Notes under the pieces: model-generated | The model's input: only the letters and a program-made list of their open reading frames with translations | What the model was told of the DNA's origin: nothing | The model's database searches: none | Translations under genes and position numbers: made by a program | From: Rhopilema esculentum | Lineage: Eukaryota | Assembly (NCBI RefSeq): GCF_013076305.1 | Contig: NW_027019640.1 | Location: 4,810,378-4,874,377, forward strand | Length of the DNA: 64,000 nt | Direction: 5' to 3' | Part shown: one piece after another, positions 1 through 13,300 of the stretch | How positions within the stretch are numbered: position 1 is the stretch's first letter | Layout of the letters: each line of letters begins with the position of its first letter

Positions 1-977
1 TTGAGCAACTATCTGGTTTTCTTCTTTGTATTCATGGCACCTGTTGCAATGTAAGGTGGAGTTGCAAATGCATGTGAATCCCTTTGTGTCAGATCAACTA
101 TTTTTAGAAAAATAAAAGTTTCAGGAGATATCAAGAGCTAAACTAATCTCATCACGCGATATTCTGTGACCATGCATTTTGTTGGTTAATGACACTCAAT
201 CGCAAGCTGTTTTTCTAAATTTCACATTCAAAAATCGGATTTGCATATCAGAAATCCATTAGCTGTCTTTTGTTACTATGAATTTTTTAATAACAATTTT
301 CATCATTGCTTTAATGTTCAATGCTCATCAGTTAAAAGTAATTGTACCTTCTTTTAGGTTATAAAGCATTTTTTCCCACGAATTTGAGAACTCTTCAGTA
401 CTTTTACTGTTTTTGTGCAATATTTTCATCTCCCGCGACAGTTCCCCCGGCTGGTAAAATAACTTTATTGGGTACATTTTATTAGGCTGCAGCGTCCCAG
501 CATTTACCACTGTCTCAGGTTGGCTCGTTGTGCTAAAAGATTAATTAAGGATTATATTCCAAGCTTTATTTTTGCACACAAGAAGATCAGTAATGTTTTG
601 TTGACAGCTGAAAAGATGTAGAAACCTATTTGTGAAAATATATGAAGATACAGTGTTGCGTTTCCTGAACATATCTAAAATTCCAAAGTTAGTTAACCTA
701 GTTTGAAGTAAATAAATACAAATACAATTAGAAATATAATTATGATATAAAGAAATAAGAGACGAAATGGGGAGATCTGAATTTATTTTCAATGTGTTTT
801 CAGCATATCGTTTAAAGGATGCCAGCAAAAGAACTTGCTGCTATTTGAAGTTTGATAATAGTATTGTTTCAAGAAGGGATTACCAGAACTTTTTCTTGTT
901 GAATGATTCTATATTGTCATGAGTTACTTCATAGTCAAATGAAAATAAATAGTTATTCAAAAGCCATCAACACTTAC

Positions 978-1287
978 TGTAAACTTATTCCGATACGTTT
1001 TTCAATTTCGTCTTTTGTTATGAAGATTTCACACACTTTGTTGCACGTCATTTTAAACTGGTAGCTTGCACTTTCAGGCACTTTCAAATAGCCGACGAAC
1101 TTCCAGTTGAGGTAACTCGAATTTTCAAAGTTTTCAATATACAGTCTATCGTTACATGAAAACGAGGACAGGCTGTTTTGGTTCTGTATGGTCTCTTCGA
1201 CTTTCTCCGCTGTCACTTGAGTGCTGTCAGTTTTGGAAATTGATGGTTGGTATCTTTCGACAAGCAAGCCCGTTAATTTGTAGTATT
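978..1287 (-). CDS. Minus-strand exon encoding a PA14-like domain (YYKLTGLL...SSYLNWKFVGYLKVPESASYQFKMTCNKVCEIFI...)
   Basis: ORF 974..1267 (-). It is flanked by the acceptor cctttcag (plus 1288-1295) and the donor GTAAGT (plus 977-972). The translation follows the PA14 consensus (NF.VRWTGYIKPPETGTYTF..SDDG). Confidence 0.5.
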
Positions 1288-2309
1288 CTGAAAGGTATTG
1301 TCGAGAATTTTGGCGTTAATATGTGTAAGAGAGGTACCAAAAATCCCTGGAAGAGCCCCCCCCCCCCTCCCTTCGAATGAGTGCCCCTCAATTGATGGAT
1401 TCTGGATGGGTTAATGAAAGGCTGGAAGTTGAAACTTCTTTCTGAGTAGGGATTTTTAGATCCTGAAGCCTCAGTTTATGGTGACCACACTCTTTTTTAT
1501 AAGAACAATTTTATAAGAACACGAGCCTCAAAACTGGTCAAAAGTTAAAAACAAATTAAGAACAATCTGAGGCTGAGCTTCTACAAAATGCAATTTTTAA
1601 CAACGTTTTTTCTCAAAATCATGGATTTTTAGCGATGTGTGGGTGCTTTTTCGGTGAATATTCAAATTTTTCAGCAAATTAAGGCTGTCTCATTTACTTT
1701 GTTGGCAAATGAGGTCTGAACACCTCCTTAGAGCGAAAAAGCTAGCAATCTCACTGCTTACACCCTCTTAATTCAAGAACAAATTAAGAACAATCCAGCC
1801 TCAGATTTTCGAAAAAATTAAGAACAGTCAGCCTGAACTTAAATTTACTGGTTCTTATAAAAGAAAGAGTGTACACGATAAATGTATCTAATTTGAATTA
1901 ACTCAATGAAACGAAAAGTCTTTTTTTGTTTACTGTAAATTATCATCATTTTTCTCATTAAAAATCTTCCAACCACCTTTTCGAAGAATTTGCAAAAAAC
2001 TTTATCCATTTGATTGGTATTACTTTACTTTATTAAAAATTCATTAAAAGCTCCAAATTTGCTCCGGTTTCGCTGATCACCTATCACACTCACTGTTTAA
2101 CATCTTTGAACCCGAAATCAAATTTCCAATGTGGCAACAAACAATACCGGTTTTCTCATAAAAGTGAGATGGGGTTTAATAGAAAATCAAAATTACCTTA
2201 GATCTTAGAGGGGATGCTTTAGAAAAGCTAAGCACAGTCATTTGATTTGCCAAGGAGCTTTGCTAGGAATTGAACGCTGACTGCACGTCATGTAAACCAA
2301 TGACTTTTA

Positions 2310-2425
2310 AATAACCAGATGAAAACTGAATTTGGTCGTAAAAGTTTTTCTGTGGCTGCTGCGCATGTTTACAACAACATTCCTATTTCAGCAAGAAAAT
2401 TAGACTCTAGGGTTTTATTCAGAAC
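2310..2425 (+). mobile_element. Short LINE 3'-end remnant (FGRKSFSVAAAHVYNNIPISARKLDSRVLFRTQVHDF*)
   Basis: The FSY/V-AAP-WN-LP...FK..LK..LF C-terminal signature is typical of L2/CR1-clade ORF2 ends. Confidence 0.45.
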
Positions 2426-2827
2426 ACAAGTACATGATTTTATTTAATTATATGAATTTTTAGCTAGCTTAATTTAATCCTTTTAGTTTGTACCTTACGC
2501 ACAGGACCCTAATGATAACAGTATGCTTGTCATACTGATAGGTTATTCCTGTATAAACATTCGTGTTTTATTATTATTATTATTATTCTATAGGATGAAA
2601 AATCTAGCTGTACATAACAGTGTTTTACTTAATGGCTGAAGTTAATATCAGGGACCGTAGAAGCGGGGGAGACTTTCCCAATGATTTCCCAAATGCACTG
2701 AAAACCATACAAAAAATTGCCCTGTTGTTGATTTTTAACATGTTTAGCAATCCCCCCTTCCCAAAGACGTTTAAGCCCCTTAAATACGTATTATATTCTC
2801 CGCTTTCATTAGTTAAATTTTACGTAC

Positions 2828-2900
2828 CCATTGACCGATGTAAAAAATTCTTTGCCTATTGGAATCAATTCTGTTGAATTTGGAAATTGCACGCCAAGCT
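2828..2900 (-). CDS. Candidate small minus-strand exon (in phase 1 it reads ..AISKFNRIDSNRQRIFYIGQW)
   Basis: Acceptor gtttctttcag and donor GTACGT on the minus strand. The phase-1 reading gives a PA14-like RID.N..F..W motif. It is speculative. Confidence 0.25.
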
Positions 2901-3788
2901 GAAAGAAACCTGGGTGTGTCTCGTTTCCATAGTGATAGACTGTAATTTGGTATCGGAATCCCTGTAGCAGATCGACGAGTAATTTGGAGTGACTAAAATG
3001 GTAGCAGTTAAAGAAATTGAAAGAAATTTTGGGTATGAGGTTATATCTAATTATTTTGCATTGCACAATAAAATCGAAAGCAAAAACTTTGGTCTTACTT
3101 TTTTTAATATCATAAAATAAGTCGTATACTTGTATGTACGAGCTACTTTTCAATGCAAAGGTAGCCCTTTGTGAATTTCTAACCACCAAAATTGGCCAAC
3201 CAATAATTGCGATACCTCTCACTCGTTTATTGATTGCACAATTTCGATTGACAGATTGCTGTAACAATCCAATTTCTAGAGATAAGTGCCTAGATGTTGG
3301 GGATGTTCAATTTGAGTAGGTTTTGCATATGTGCGTAGGTTGCGTCAATACGTAATGCAACCGAGTCTAGCCTAGTTCACTCAGAAAACAAATGCGATAG
3401 CAAAAGTGTTCATTTTCTGCTAATCAGTTTTTTGTAGCGGATGAGTTAGGGGATTATTAGCTGGACCACACAGCTGTGTTAATCGGGATGGCTTTTTTCT
3501 TGTTGCTGTATGAGATCCAAATGAAATGGTCTTTTGCCACCGGAAAATCCTGGTATTACAGTATTAGGAGTCCAAATGATATCTAGATCGAAATCTGGAT
3601 AGAATTAAAATATCAAAGCCATAGCTTGCATTGTCATAGAAGAACTCCGTAAGTTTCTTAACTAACTTACCTAGTCAAAGCAGTCCTTGCCTTGCTAGTG
3701 ATATCCAATATTTTCACTGGAGTTGGCAGGTTTGTGTCAATGAACACCCGACATTTCATTTTGCATGTAGCAAAAAACCTGTGCTTAC

Positions 3789-3995
3789 CACTTTGTGTAG
3801 AGGCAAATATGGCTTGGTATAGCCCATATTGATGCCTTTTTACAATATTTTGTTGACTGTATTCAAAGTTGTTTATGTTTTCGATATTGTTTGGGCAGTT
3901 TGGAAATTTCCTAATACCTGTGAAGTTGCCGATATCGTAGTATTTGGCAGAGTTCCATGTCTTTACTATGACACCAGGTCCAGGTTGATAGAAAG
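3789..3995 (-). CDS. Minus-strand exon, probably part of the same gene (…FYQPGPGVIVKTWNSAKYYDIGNFTGIRKFPNCPNNIENINNFEYSQQNIVKRHQYGLYQAIFASTQS)
   Basis: Acceptor ttctttag and donor GTAAGC on the minus strand. The YYD.GNFTG...I.NINNF pattern resembles the N-terminal half of a PA14/GLEYA domain. Confidence 0.4.
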
Positions 3996-6900
3996 CTAAA
4001 GAAATATGTTATTTTAATAAAATTGATATGCCATGTGGCTATATAATTAGAAATATTAATTAAAGACTCGATACTTGTTTGTAACCTAATTGCTATGTAC
4101 ACAGATGAAAATGAAATCACTTCTTCCAAAACCCAAAAGCTATAATCTTCGAAAAATTGATACCCTATCTGTTCCAAAGGTTAACACTACAAGTTATGTT
4201 ATAAAATCTATTAGCTTTTTGTTCAAAGATTTGGAATTATCTTCCAAATGAAATGAAATCATCTAAAAATGCAAGTCAATTGAAAGTTCTTATAAAAGAT
4301 TGGTATTTCGAAAACCAATGCGCCTCCAAACGCTTGCATTCAATGACTTCCATAATGCAATCTCTTAAACCGCTTCATGTTAGTGTTTATTAGTGTTGTG
4401 TTAGTGTATTATTGACACTATTGTCAAACAAATAGTGAAAAAGGTATTATTATTATTATTATTATTACTTAGAATGTTTTTTATTACCCCTAAGATATGG
4501 AAAGACACATCATTGTCATGTTTTATAATGGATGGTTGCAACAAGTTGCAGGGGCACAGAAGTAGAAATGCTATAATGCAGCACGCAGGAGAAACGACAA
4601 ATAATACCCAATTAGGTGAGCCCCTGTTTTTAAGCTAACCTAATTTCTTAAGCCTATTATTTCGACAAATATCTTCTTTAGGTAGTCCTTCCAAAAAGGG
4701 GCTAGACAGGAAGTTTGTCTTACACCGGTTGATTATCGAATTGCACTTGCAGAATTTCGCTTACAGCAATTGCTAATTAGAGGGTTTTGATTGGACAGTT
4801 GGTAAATACAGGTCGCACGTACCTGAACGGTTTGAAATAGCGTTTAGAACAAAAACGAATACCGATCACGCCAATTATATTAAAGCTAGAAAATAACCAG
4901 GAGGATCCTTTCTGTCAATCACAAACATCTAGAATTCTAAATCATTCAATGCAATCAAATGTTACTGTAAGCAGTCTGAATGGATTTTGACCTCTTCCGT
5001 ATGGGCAAAGCTAAAAATTAATGTGGGGGGGGGGGGTGACTGTCCTGTGACAGTATTCAAGGCCAGATCTGCCAAGTAAAAAGCAAACCAATGGCTCTTT
5101 GGATGTCGCACATTTCCCCACATTCTGTAGAGCCACCTATGAAAACCAGCTCAAAAATTATCAAACGGCTTCCCTTTATATATGCCAATGATAAATTTAG
5201 AAATATGAACATGACATCTTGTTAGATTTTCATCCAGTCGGAAAGCAACATCAGTTTTTATTGGTACAAGAAATTACGTGGAATTTTATTTGAAACACAG
5301 TTAGTCATGAGAAGACGAAGACTTAATCATACTGAAGAGTGGGAATAGAACTATGTGTAATTTGCAACGCAGTTTGTGGACGATGCTGGCTTTGACGAGA
5401 CCTATTTTTATCAATCCTTTTTTACCCTAGAATCCCAAAAAATTTTGTGGGCCTTTCCCTCCAGGGGGTAATTGAAGTTTTTATATACAGGGGGCTCCAT
5501 CTGATAAGAATATATAAGATATTTTCCTTGTGATCTGATACTATTGGGTACCTGATTTAAAAATTTACCTTTTTAATACTTATAGGTTCAACTATTATAT
5601 AACAATATCAAAAACAGGAATAATGGAATTGATGTGTTTAAACTGATTATTTTAGTAAACAGTCTAAATTATTATGACTAGTGGCCTTTTATGTGCTCAA
5701 GAAGATGTGCAGAATATGTGCAATTTGTTTTTGATTCTGTAAGGTGAATTTTGATAACTGCGGATTGACTACCCCGTATGTAGAAAGTCTATGTAACACC
5801 CCTTAGAGGCCTTTCCATTAGTGATTGTAAATTGTGCTCTCACTGACATCTGATAGGATACCTTGTACATAGGCAAAACCAGAAATACTGGCTGAATAGC
5901 TTAACAAATTTAACATGCCCTTAAAAGCTTGGGCATTGACCCAGAAATAGTCTTGTAAAAGACTTTCCACTTACCTGAAGGTAACGTTTCATCGCTGGAA
6001 GCTTCAAGGGACGCAACATAGATAGCAGCATACCAGATGTAAAGTATTTTATGCATTTTGCATCAAAGGCTCTTCAAGTCTGACAGAAAAGTTGAAAATT
6101 TTTGAATGCTCGAATCTGTTATATACCTTGCTTAAAACTATGACGACACCTCAAGTTTCCTTAAACAATGGATTGACTTACTAAGTGTACCTTGCCAAGA
6201 CTCATGGCTAGAAGCAATGAAACTTAGCATCGATTTCATGTTTCTATCCAAACGTACACGGCAACAGAAAACTTTCAATTTGCATATCTTAATGTGTAAT
6301 GAGATGCAAAATGTATCTAGATGGTCCGATGACATATATGCAAATTTCTTCCTCAACAAAGCGCAAATCTTAAAATAACCAACTCCTGCAGATAAACTTT
6401 CAAATGTAGCGGGGAAGAATGACACATAACTGTAGTCTCATTAATTCCAAAGTTCAGGTTGAGTTATAACAATAATATGTAACTCCCCACAATTTTAGAG
6501 GCCTGGAGTATTTTACATACCCAATTAGTGCTTGTTCTGTTGTGATTGTGCTCAACTTCCAAAACCAAGTTTTGTATTGCAAATGTAGATCTTATCAAAG
6601 ATGAAACAACTTTAATTCGACATAAATTCTAGCCGAGAGTTATATAAAAAAAGACGATACATTCGTAAGAAAATGACTTTTCTAAAAATGCATTGTTACC
6701 TCAAGAACGTCCTATTTCCTTCAAAGATCCATATGATTTATCTTTAAAAATTTCCAACATTTATACAAATGCTATATTTACATTTACTCCAAAATATTAT
6801 GATTTGAAATCTTTACAAACAGTTCTTGTAGCTGAAGAAATTCACTGAAATTTCAGCTTCTCTCAGCAAGAATTAGCGTCATTGTTCACTTCAATCCAAA

Positions 6901-7153
6901 AAATTGGAATTGAAATAATTTTTCTTAATTACCTGTGAATTTCAAACTAGTTAGAATATTCATGTTTCAGATCTGATTGAATCTTTAGATCTCATGTTTC
7001 CACCTTTTTCCTACCTTAAATTGTCAGTATTTGTACAACAAAGCTTCAAAGTCTATGCTTTTTGAGCTTTTATTTTGTCTTTTGTTTCATAAACATATCT
7101 TTGCACACGTTGTTATGGTTTCTATATTCTACTGCTATGGTCTGATTCTGAAT

Positions 7154-7547
7154 ATAGTAGCGAAGTGTGACGGCACCAAAAATCTATTTTTAGAATTTCT
7201 AAAATTTGGCCGCATAATCTGAAAGATTGGCATAAAATACCTCTTATTGTGCAAAATCAGTTAGATATGTTCCAAATTTGGCGAGATATGGCCAATGGGA
7301 GGTTCAAAGTTTGCAAACAGATCACTGTTATTCTGGCCTGGTTCATAAAGTTATGAACCAAGACCAAATTACAGAGGTTTGATGGGGCAAGAGCCTGTCC
7401 TTATGTGGCCATATCTAAGCCAATTCGTAATGCCTTTAACTGAATTTGCAAATTTAGAGGTATTTCACTATACTCCTTAGGTTCTGGGATCAAAATTCAG
7501 AAATTCTAAAAGTAGATTTTAATGACGTCATCACTTTGGTATTCTAT
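7154..7547 (+). mobile_element. MITE copy 1 (about 395 bp), with TIR AGAGTACCGAAGTGTGACGTCA.. / ..TGACGTCATCACTT.GGTA.TCT
   Basis: About 85-90% identical to the copies at 22765-23160 and 62143-62536. It has roughly 28-bp terminal inverted repeats, an internal palindrome GGCCTGGTTCATAAAGTTATGAACCAAGACC, and no coding capacity. Confidence 0.8.
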
Positions 7548-7856
7548 AGTCAAGATTAAGATTGATGTTTGTCGAGTAGAGGTTGTAGCCACCCATTTCC
7601 TAATAATTTACAAAGATTGAAACCTTTTCTATAATCTTTGTTTCTGGTGATATGAACATGATTTAATAAGGCGATTTCCTGATTATCTCAACGTATTGAA
7701 GTTGGGTGATTTGTTAAAAATTTTGAAAAAATTTAGGCTATCTGTCAAGCACCGTAGATTCACGTCGGTTTGGTCAGTTGAAACTTTTTATCCAGCTTCG
7801 TTTAAGTTAGGTAGCAAGAGAAATTAAAGAAGGAAAGTTTGGCAAAGTAAACACTA

Positions 7857-7982
7857 CCCTGGGTACCAGAGCCGCGCAAAAATTTAACGGCAGCAATTTC
7901 CCTCTTCCCTCTCCTTCACCTCCGCAGCTCTCATTATTTTTTTGCTGCCGTTAATTTTTTTGCGCGGCTCTGGTACCCAGGA
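7857..7982. repeat. Near-perfect inverted repeat (hairpin): about 40-bp arms, CCTGGGTACCAGAGCCGCGCAAAAATTTAACGGCAGCAA, with a 46-bp pyrimidine-rich loop
   Basis: The arms match at 38 of 40 positions. The loop reads TTTCCCTCTTCCCTCTCCTTCACCTCCGCAGCTCTCATTATTTTTT. Confidence 0.9.
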
Positions 7983-9954
7983 TAAGGAAACACCGAGCTG
8001 CATCTGCTTGAAGGAGAAACAGCAGGCCTCTCTTAGTCAAGGACGTCTGCGCCAAGAGGGCAGCGAGACCAGTGGCTCCCCTTGCCTTCGCAAAATTAAG
8101 CATTTTCTTCGTTTTACAATTGTTTTGCCCTTTTTCTTGGTGCTTTGCCCCGTTATCCTCTTCGAAAACAAGCTTTCTTTATCTAAGTTTCCTTTCTGTT
8201 GTTAGAAAGAGGGGGGATGCTAGTAGGCTTGGCTCAGCCGGCCTTTAAAGCTAGAAGGTGCAAAATTTCCATTGTTGTGGGCATGGCAGCGCAAGATTGC
8301 CACGGTAAAGTTAGGGATAGCATAATTGATAACATGGACGCAGTGGATGTTAGAAGTTTAGGGAGGCCTAGTATGCATTTCGCCTCGATATCATTGCTTT
8401 ATTGAGATGGAACTTTCCAAATTGAGCCTGAAATTTGAAACATTTTCCCTGATTAGGGAGGCTGCACCTCTTCCAGCCCCTTTGTCCCGCACGCCTATAA
8501 TAGCAAAGAATTTTTAAACAATATAGAAAAGAATGAAGAATTTTCTTGCGTTCATTATGAGCATCTTTTACTAGTTTTTTAAATTTTAAAATCAATATTG
8601 AGTGCGAGAGTAAGATGGTTGCAATGTTTCATTGAAAAACAAGCATTGCTACTGCTAGAGAGGGTAACGTTTTACCAGGAGAGTTTCGTAAGATTATTTC
8701 AACCTTCGTCTGGGCGGAAAATGTCTGACAATGTTCTAGTTGCTGATGGGTTTTTCTACTGTCATGCTTATTGAACTTAAACCTTGTGGTAGTTATACAG
8801 CAACAAAGGTTGCACTGAAGGTACTGAACAAAACTTCGAAACCTTATTTGTTGAATTATTTTGACTAGGCCGTTCATGTTGCTTTTGTCTGCTATACTTG
8901 TGAAAAATATAGCTATGGAAATTTCCAAACGAGACCTGGTATCTTGGTGGATCCTAATTCACATGGATCCGCTTATGGCACAATAAATGCAGAAATCCAT
9001 TTGCAGGAGACTCGGCGAGCCTCCTCGTGGCTTCGAGGTCGCTGTTCAGTGTGCTCTGCACAGCGAACCTCGAAGCGAAGAGGAGATGATGAAGAAGTAA
9101 ACATTGGCTGCATTCATAACTATATCTGAACTGAAATCAACTGCGATAAAGTCAACCACACGGATCTTGTCTTAAGAATCCCTTAACTCCAATCACCAAA
9201 TGTCGGCCAATTCATTAGAAATGTACTAATAAACTTTTTAAACGTTCCAAATACGACTTTAGCAGATTGTCTTGCCTCCAATATGTTCTTTTTTATGCTA
9301 AATCTCTAGTTAAATTTGATAAAACGATGTCTCAGTTTGTTTACCTTTTCTGGTTCTTTCTATTCAGCCTCTTATCCCAAATTTACAGATAAAGTAATTT
9401 GAATTTAAGAAAATTGTCACTCTCCTTTCCCCAACCATGTTATGCTCTTACTTGTTAAAATGCATGGATGCAACCTTTCAATCAATAAGATGGGAAGAAA
9501 TTGAGAATGGTCTGTATTTCATAGGTAGCAATAAGTGGAAAAATATTTTGCTTGGTTAGCTTTAAAGACTGTTTTTTAACAACAGCTGTGATAATTCAAA
9601 CAAATGCGAGAAGCAAAAGAAAATTTCTCAGAGGTCAATCTACCATATTCGATGTTATGTCTAATCAATGTTTACTTGTGAAAAAACAAATGGAAAAGGA
9701 CCAAGTTTCCTGTTTTCTTCCTCCTACTCTTTTAGACAGTGTCATACTCTATCACCCCATTTTTTATTCAAATATTAACTGTAAGAATGTTTTGAGAACA
9801 AGATTACAAGAATTGATGCAAGGAGATGACCAAGGGCCTCAAGCTCTATTGCAGCGCCTAGTTAGCTACTGCATCAAATGCAGGGCCGTTTATGTCCTCA
9901 TTCGTTCTCATAACAACATGTTATTCCCCTGTTCGGAGTTGTCAGCATTGGATC

Positions 9955-10330
9955 TGAGTTGTCAGTTCTACATACTCTTATATTCCCCTAGGGCGCCGCC
10001 AAAGTGGTATATAGAGATGCCCCAAACACTTCATCGGCATATGAACAATTTTTGCCGGGCAAATGTTATTCTCAACCTGTAATAGTAACAATTGTAACGT
10101 ATTTAAATTTCTGCAGCAGTTAAACTTTCAAAGTATGATACTGAAGTATTAATTTTGAAATAGAAACGCACAACAGCAGCATACAAGTTATTCTAACATA
10201 TAATCACACCCTTAAAGAATAAGACACGCCCTTTTTGTCGGCAGAAATCATTTCTGTACCTCTTCGAAAAAAGTTTTAGGTTTCGCCCCTTTTATTTCCT
10301 ATATCACAAGCCCGCCATTTAGCAAGAACC
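9955..10330 (+). repeat. Dispersed repeat, family R, copy 1
   Basis: It shares ordered blocks with 39540-39850: GGCGCCGCCAAAG, TCATCGGCATAT, TTTTTGCCGGGCAAA, ACCACACCCTTAAA, ACACGCCCTTTTTGTCGGCAGAAA, TTCGCCCCTT. It overlaps the 176-aa ORF 9552..10082, which I read as an artefact. Confidence 0.55.
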
Positions 10331-13300
10331 CTTGTCTACTTTGTTCAAAATGGATGAAATTTCAGACAACTGACCCTATGTTCTGAATGTTATTTTCCAT
10401 TGTAACAGTGACAATGATATTCCTTATAATAGTCTTATTTGCTAGGTTGATTTTGTTTTCGATCAAATTTACTTGTTTCCCCATATATCATTACCTTCAC
10501 ACGGATAATTCACTGTAGATATGAACGTGATAAGGGTGATACTAAAAACCACCTAGTGTCCATAATTCTACATGTCACGAGGCAATGGAGGATATTGCTC
10601 CTTCACAGCTGTCTATCATTGGGTACTTTAGGTATCTGTGCGCCGGACTTTTGTGTATTATCCACCCCTAATCTTTTGTCCTTTGCTGAGTAAGTCGTTG
10701 TTAAGAAAGGCAAATCCAAATCATAGGCTTCTTAGAATCCTTAACAGTATTGAATTAATTTGTTAATCTCGCTGAATGTACGCATCTCTAATAAACTTAG
10801 GTCATGAAAAATCTTCATTTCAACATCTGCTTCGAATAGTGTTATTTTCTCATTTTTATGTTTCACAGAACTCAAGGCATCTCGATAAGTAAGCCCTGTG
10901 CTTCAACGAGGTGTTTTTATGATTCGTCGGCAAGGCCTTGACAATTTTACTGACTCAGCGGAAAATCAACGCAACATTAGTTTGTTAGGCCAATTTGCAG
11001 CAGAGCGTTCGAGGTAAGGTATCTTTCTTTATCGATGCAAGTTTAACTTTTTTGCTATATAAAAATACCATTTCATGCCTGAGTGCTGCAATACGAAAAT
11101 TGCTCGTAGAATCGCTCGTAGACTTTAACGAAGAGATTGCTTCAGCATATTTCACCCAGTCGCAATTAAACCAAAATCAAGTTTAGGGTAACATATTGTC
11201 GAAACTCCACCCTTAGGGGAAAGCATTAGTTTGATACCTAACAGCTAAACGTTTCTCAGATAGGATCACAAGCTTTTCTTTGTTGGATTTAAAGACATTT
11301 CTAAGTCTTTGTAAATTTGAGCAAACGGTAAAAGGGCAGAGTTTTTTAAACTAAAAACATTCAAAAATCATATGGTTGAACACCGTTTTTAACTTTTTAC
11401 TTTTATCTTGAACAGGAAAATCTGTAGTTTGTCAAATGGCTGTTGTACCCCCATTTAAATCTTGCAGCAAAACAATTAGGGCTTGATATCTCGTTAGGTT
11501 TTATTTCACATATTATTCTTTGACGGATAAAAGAGAAAATTAAAAATTCCTTGTTTACAAGATTTTAGTCGTTCTTCCCTTTATTCAGTAATTCTGTTAC
11601 AACACTATGTTACCTTTATTCATTAATGCTTTACTTATTCTGTCATTTATCTATTAATTTCCATTATTCAATATGATATTCTATAGTGATACATACACCA
11701 ATTTCCCTTTCATTATGATTTGTCCATACATTTTTATATCGATTATCTTAACACTTATATAGTGAAAAGCAAGCAAAAAAGACTCACATCACAGTTGAAG
11801 CCACTGTTGAAATGAACTTTTCACGTTTTCCCTCCCCTGCTTTCTCCTATTTCTCTCTCTTATTCCTTTCTTAGTTGTTACTTGAACAAGCCTTGCAGTT
11901 GAAGTGGATTTCAATCCACTTTTAATCTCCTAAGATTTGTATAGTTACAAATTGTTCCTTTTACTTTTACAGATCCTTGTTGATTAAACTGTAGAGGTTA
12001 ATCTCATCAAGATATTATTTGAGGTAAGAATACGACAACAATAAAAACTCTAAATGTTTTCTAGCTTATTTCATGTTCTGCTTAAATGACGCTAGCATCT
12101 GAACACATTTTTGGATAACTTTCAATAATTCTTTTATAGTTGACAATATAAGCTTTATTGGCCTTCTTTACATTCGTTACAGCAAAGGAGCATTGTAACT
12201 ATACACAAAATGTTTGAGGCATCCAATCCTAACTTGCTATAATTGCTAAAAAACATCTTGAGAATAGTTTATAATCCTGATCTTGAAAGCATAAAAAACT
12301 AGAAGCTGTATCTTGCTTGCTTTAGAAACTATGAAAGCTTGAGCAGACGAAGGCAAATGCATTTGTGTAAATTAGACACATAAGTTCCGTAGAAACAACC
12401 ATAATCGTCATGGTTTTACAATTAAGGAAGTTGCATCTTTTTATTGATTTGTATGTAGCCAGGACATGGTAATTAACCCAAGTTATTTCATTCAAAGACA
12501 CGTTGTATGATTGTATTGAAATATCTGGCGATTCGTCCATCATTAGCTTTTATGAATCAACAATTTCTCCTGTTATGGTATTTTTTTCTTTTAGTTCTGT
12601 ATTGGTTTTACAGTGATGGACTGCATTATGTAAAAAAGTAAGTATATTCTTATCACTAAAAGCAAGAAATTTAATTCTAAAAAGTATTATAGATTGAGAC
12701 TTGATAATAAAATTTATAATAAGTACCAAGTGAAAAAAAGACATAATATGAACCCATTCGACAACTCCATATTACAATTTAATCGGATTTTGTATTGCAA
12801 CAAGGAGTTGTCAAATGGATTCACATTATCTTTTTTTGTTGTGGTACTTATTATAGACAAGTATCATGTTAGAAACGGAATCTGGAAAAATCAGTTGGAG
12901 AAAGCTTGTCAAACGAGGTTTTCAAAAATGATGCCCTAAGTATTGATGGATAGAAAGGCACAAAAAAAGGCATAGATTATCGTTAGATGGACGCAAAAAG
13001 TTTTAGTGGACTAAATTGCCAAATGTTGAAAATAGAAGCTTATCGAAACTAAATCAAAGATAATAATAAAGAAGATTCATCTAAAAAAAGTACCATGTTT
13101 TACTGGACGAAAAATTGATGTTTCCATTAGGTTTTGTGATATAGTGAACATGTGATTTAATCACGTGTCTGGAAATACGTAGTAGAGAGACCTGGAACTG
13201 TGAGATTTGTAGAGCACGGGAACAATTATATGACAGCGATTATAGATTTCTATCGTTCTTTTTCTTTTCTGGTTATATATAAAATAGTTAGAAATAGCAT

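Noticed and set aside
9552-10082. 176-aa ORF, the longest in the window
   Set aside because: There is no recognisable domain and the composition is low-complexity or odd. Its 3' third lies in the dispersed repeat family R, whose second copy is at 39540-39850, so it is most likely a chance ORF in repeat DNA. A BLASTP would settle it.
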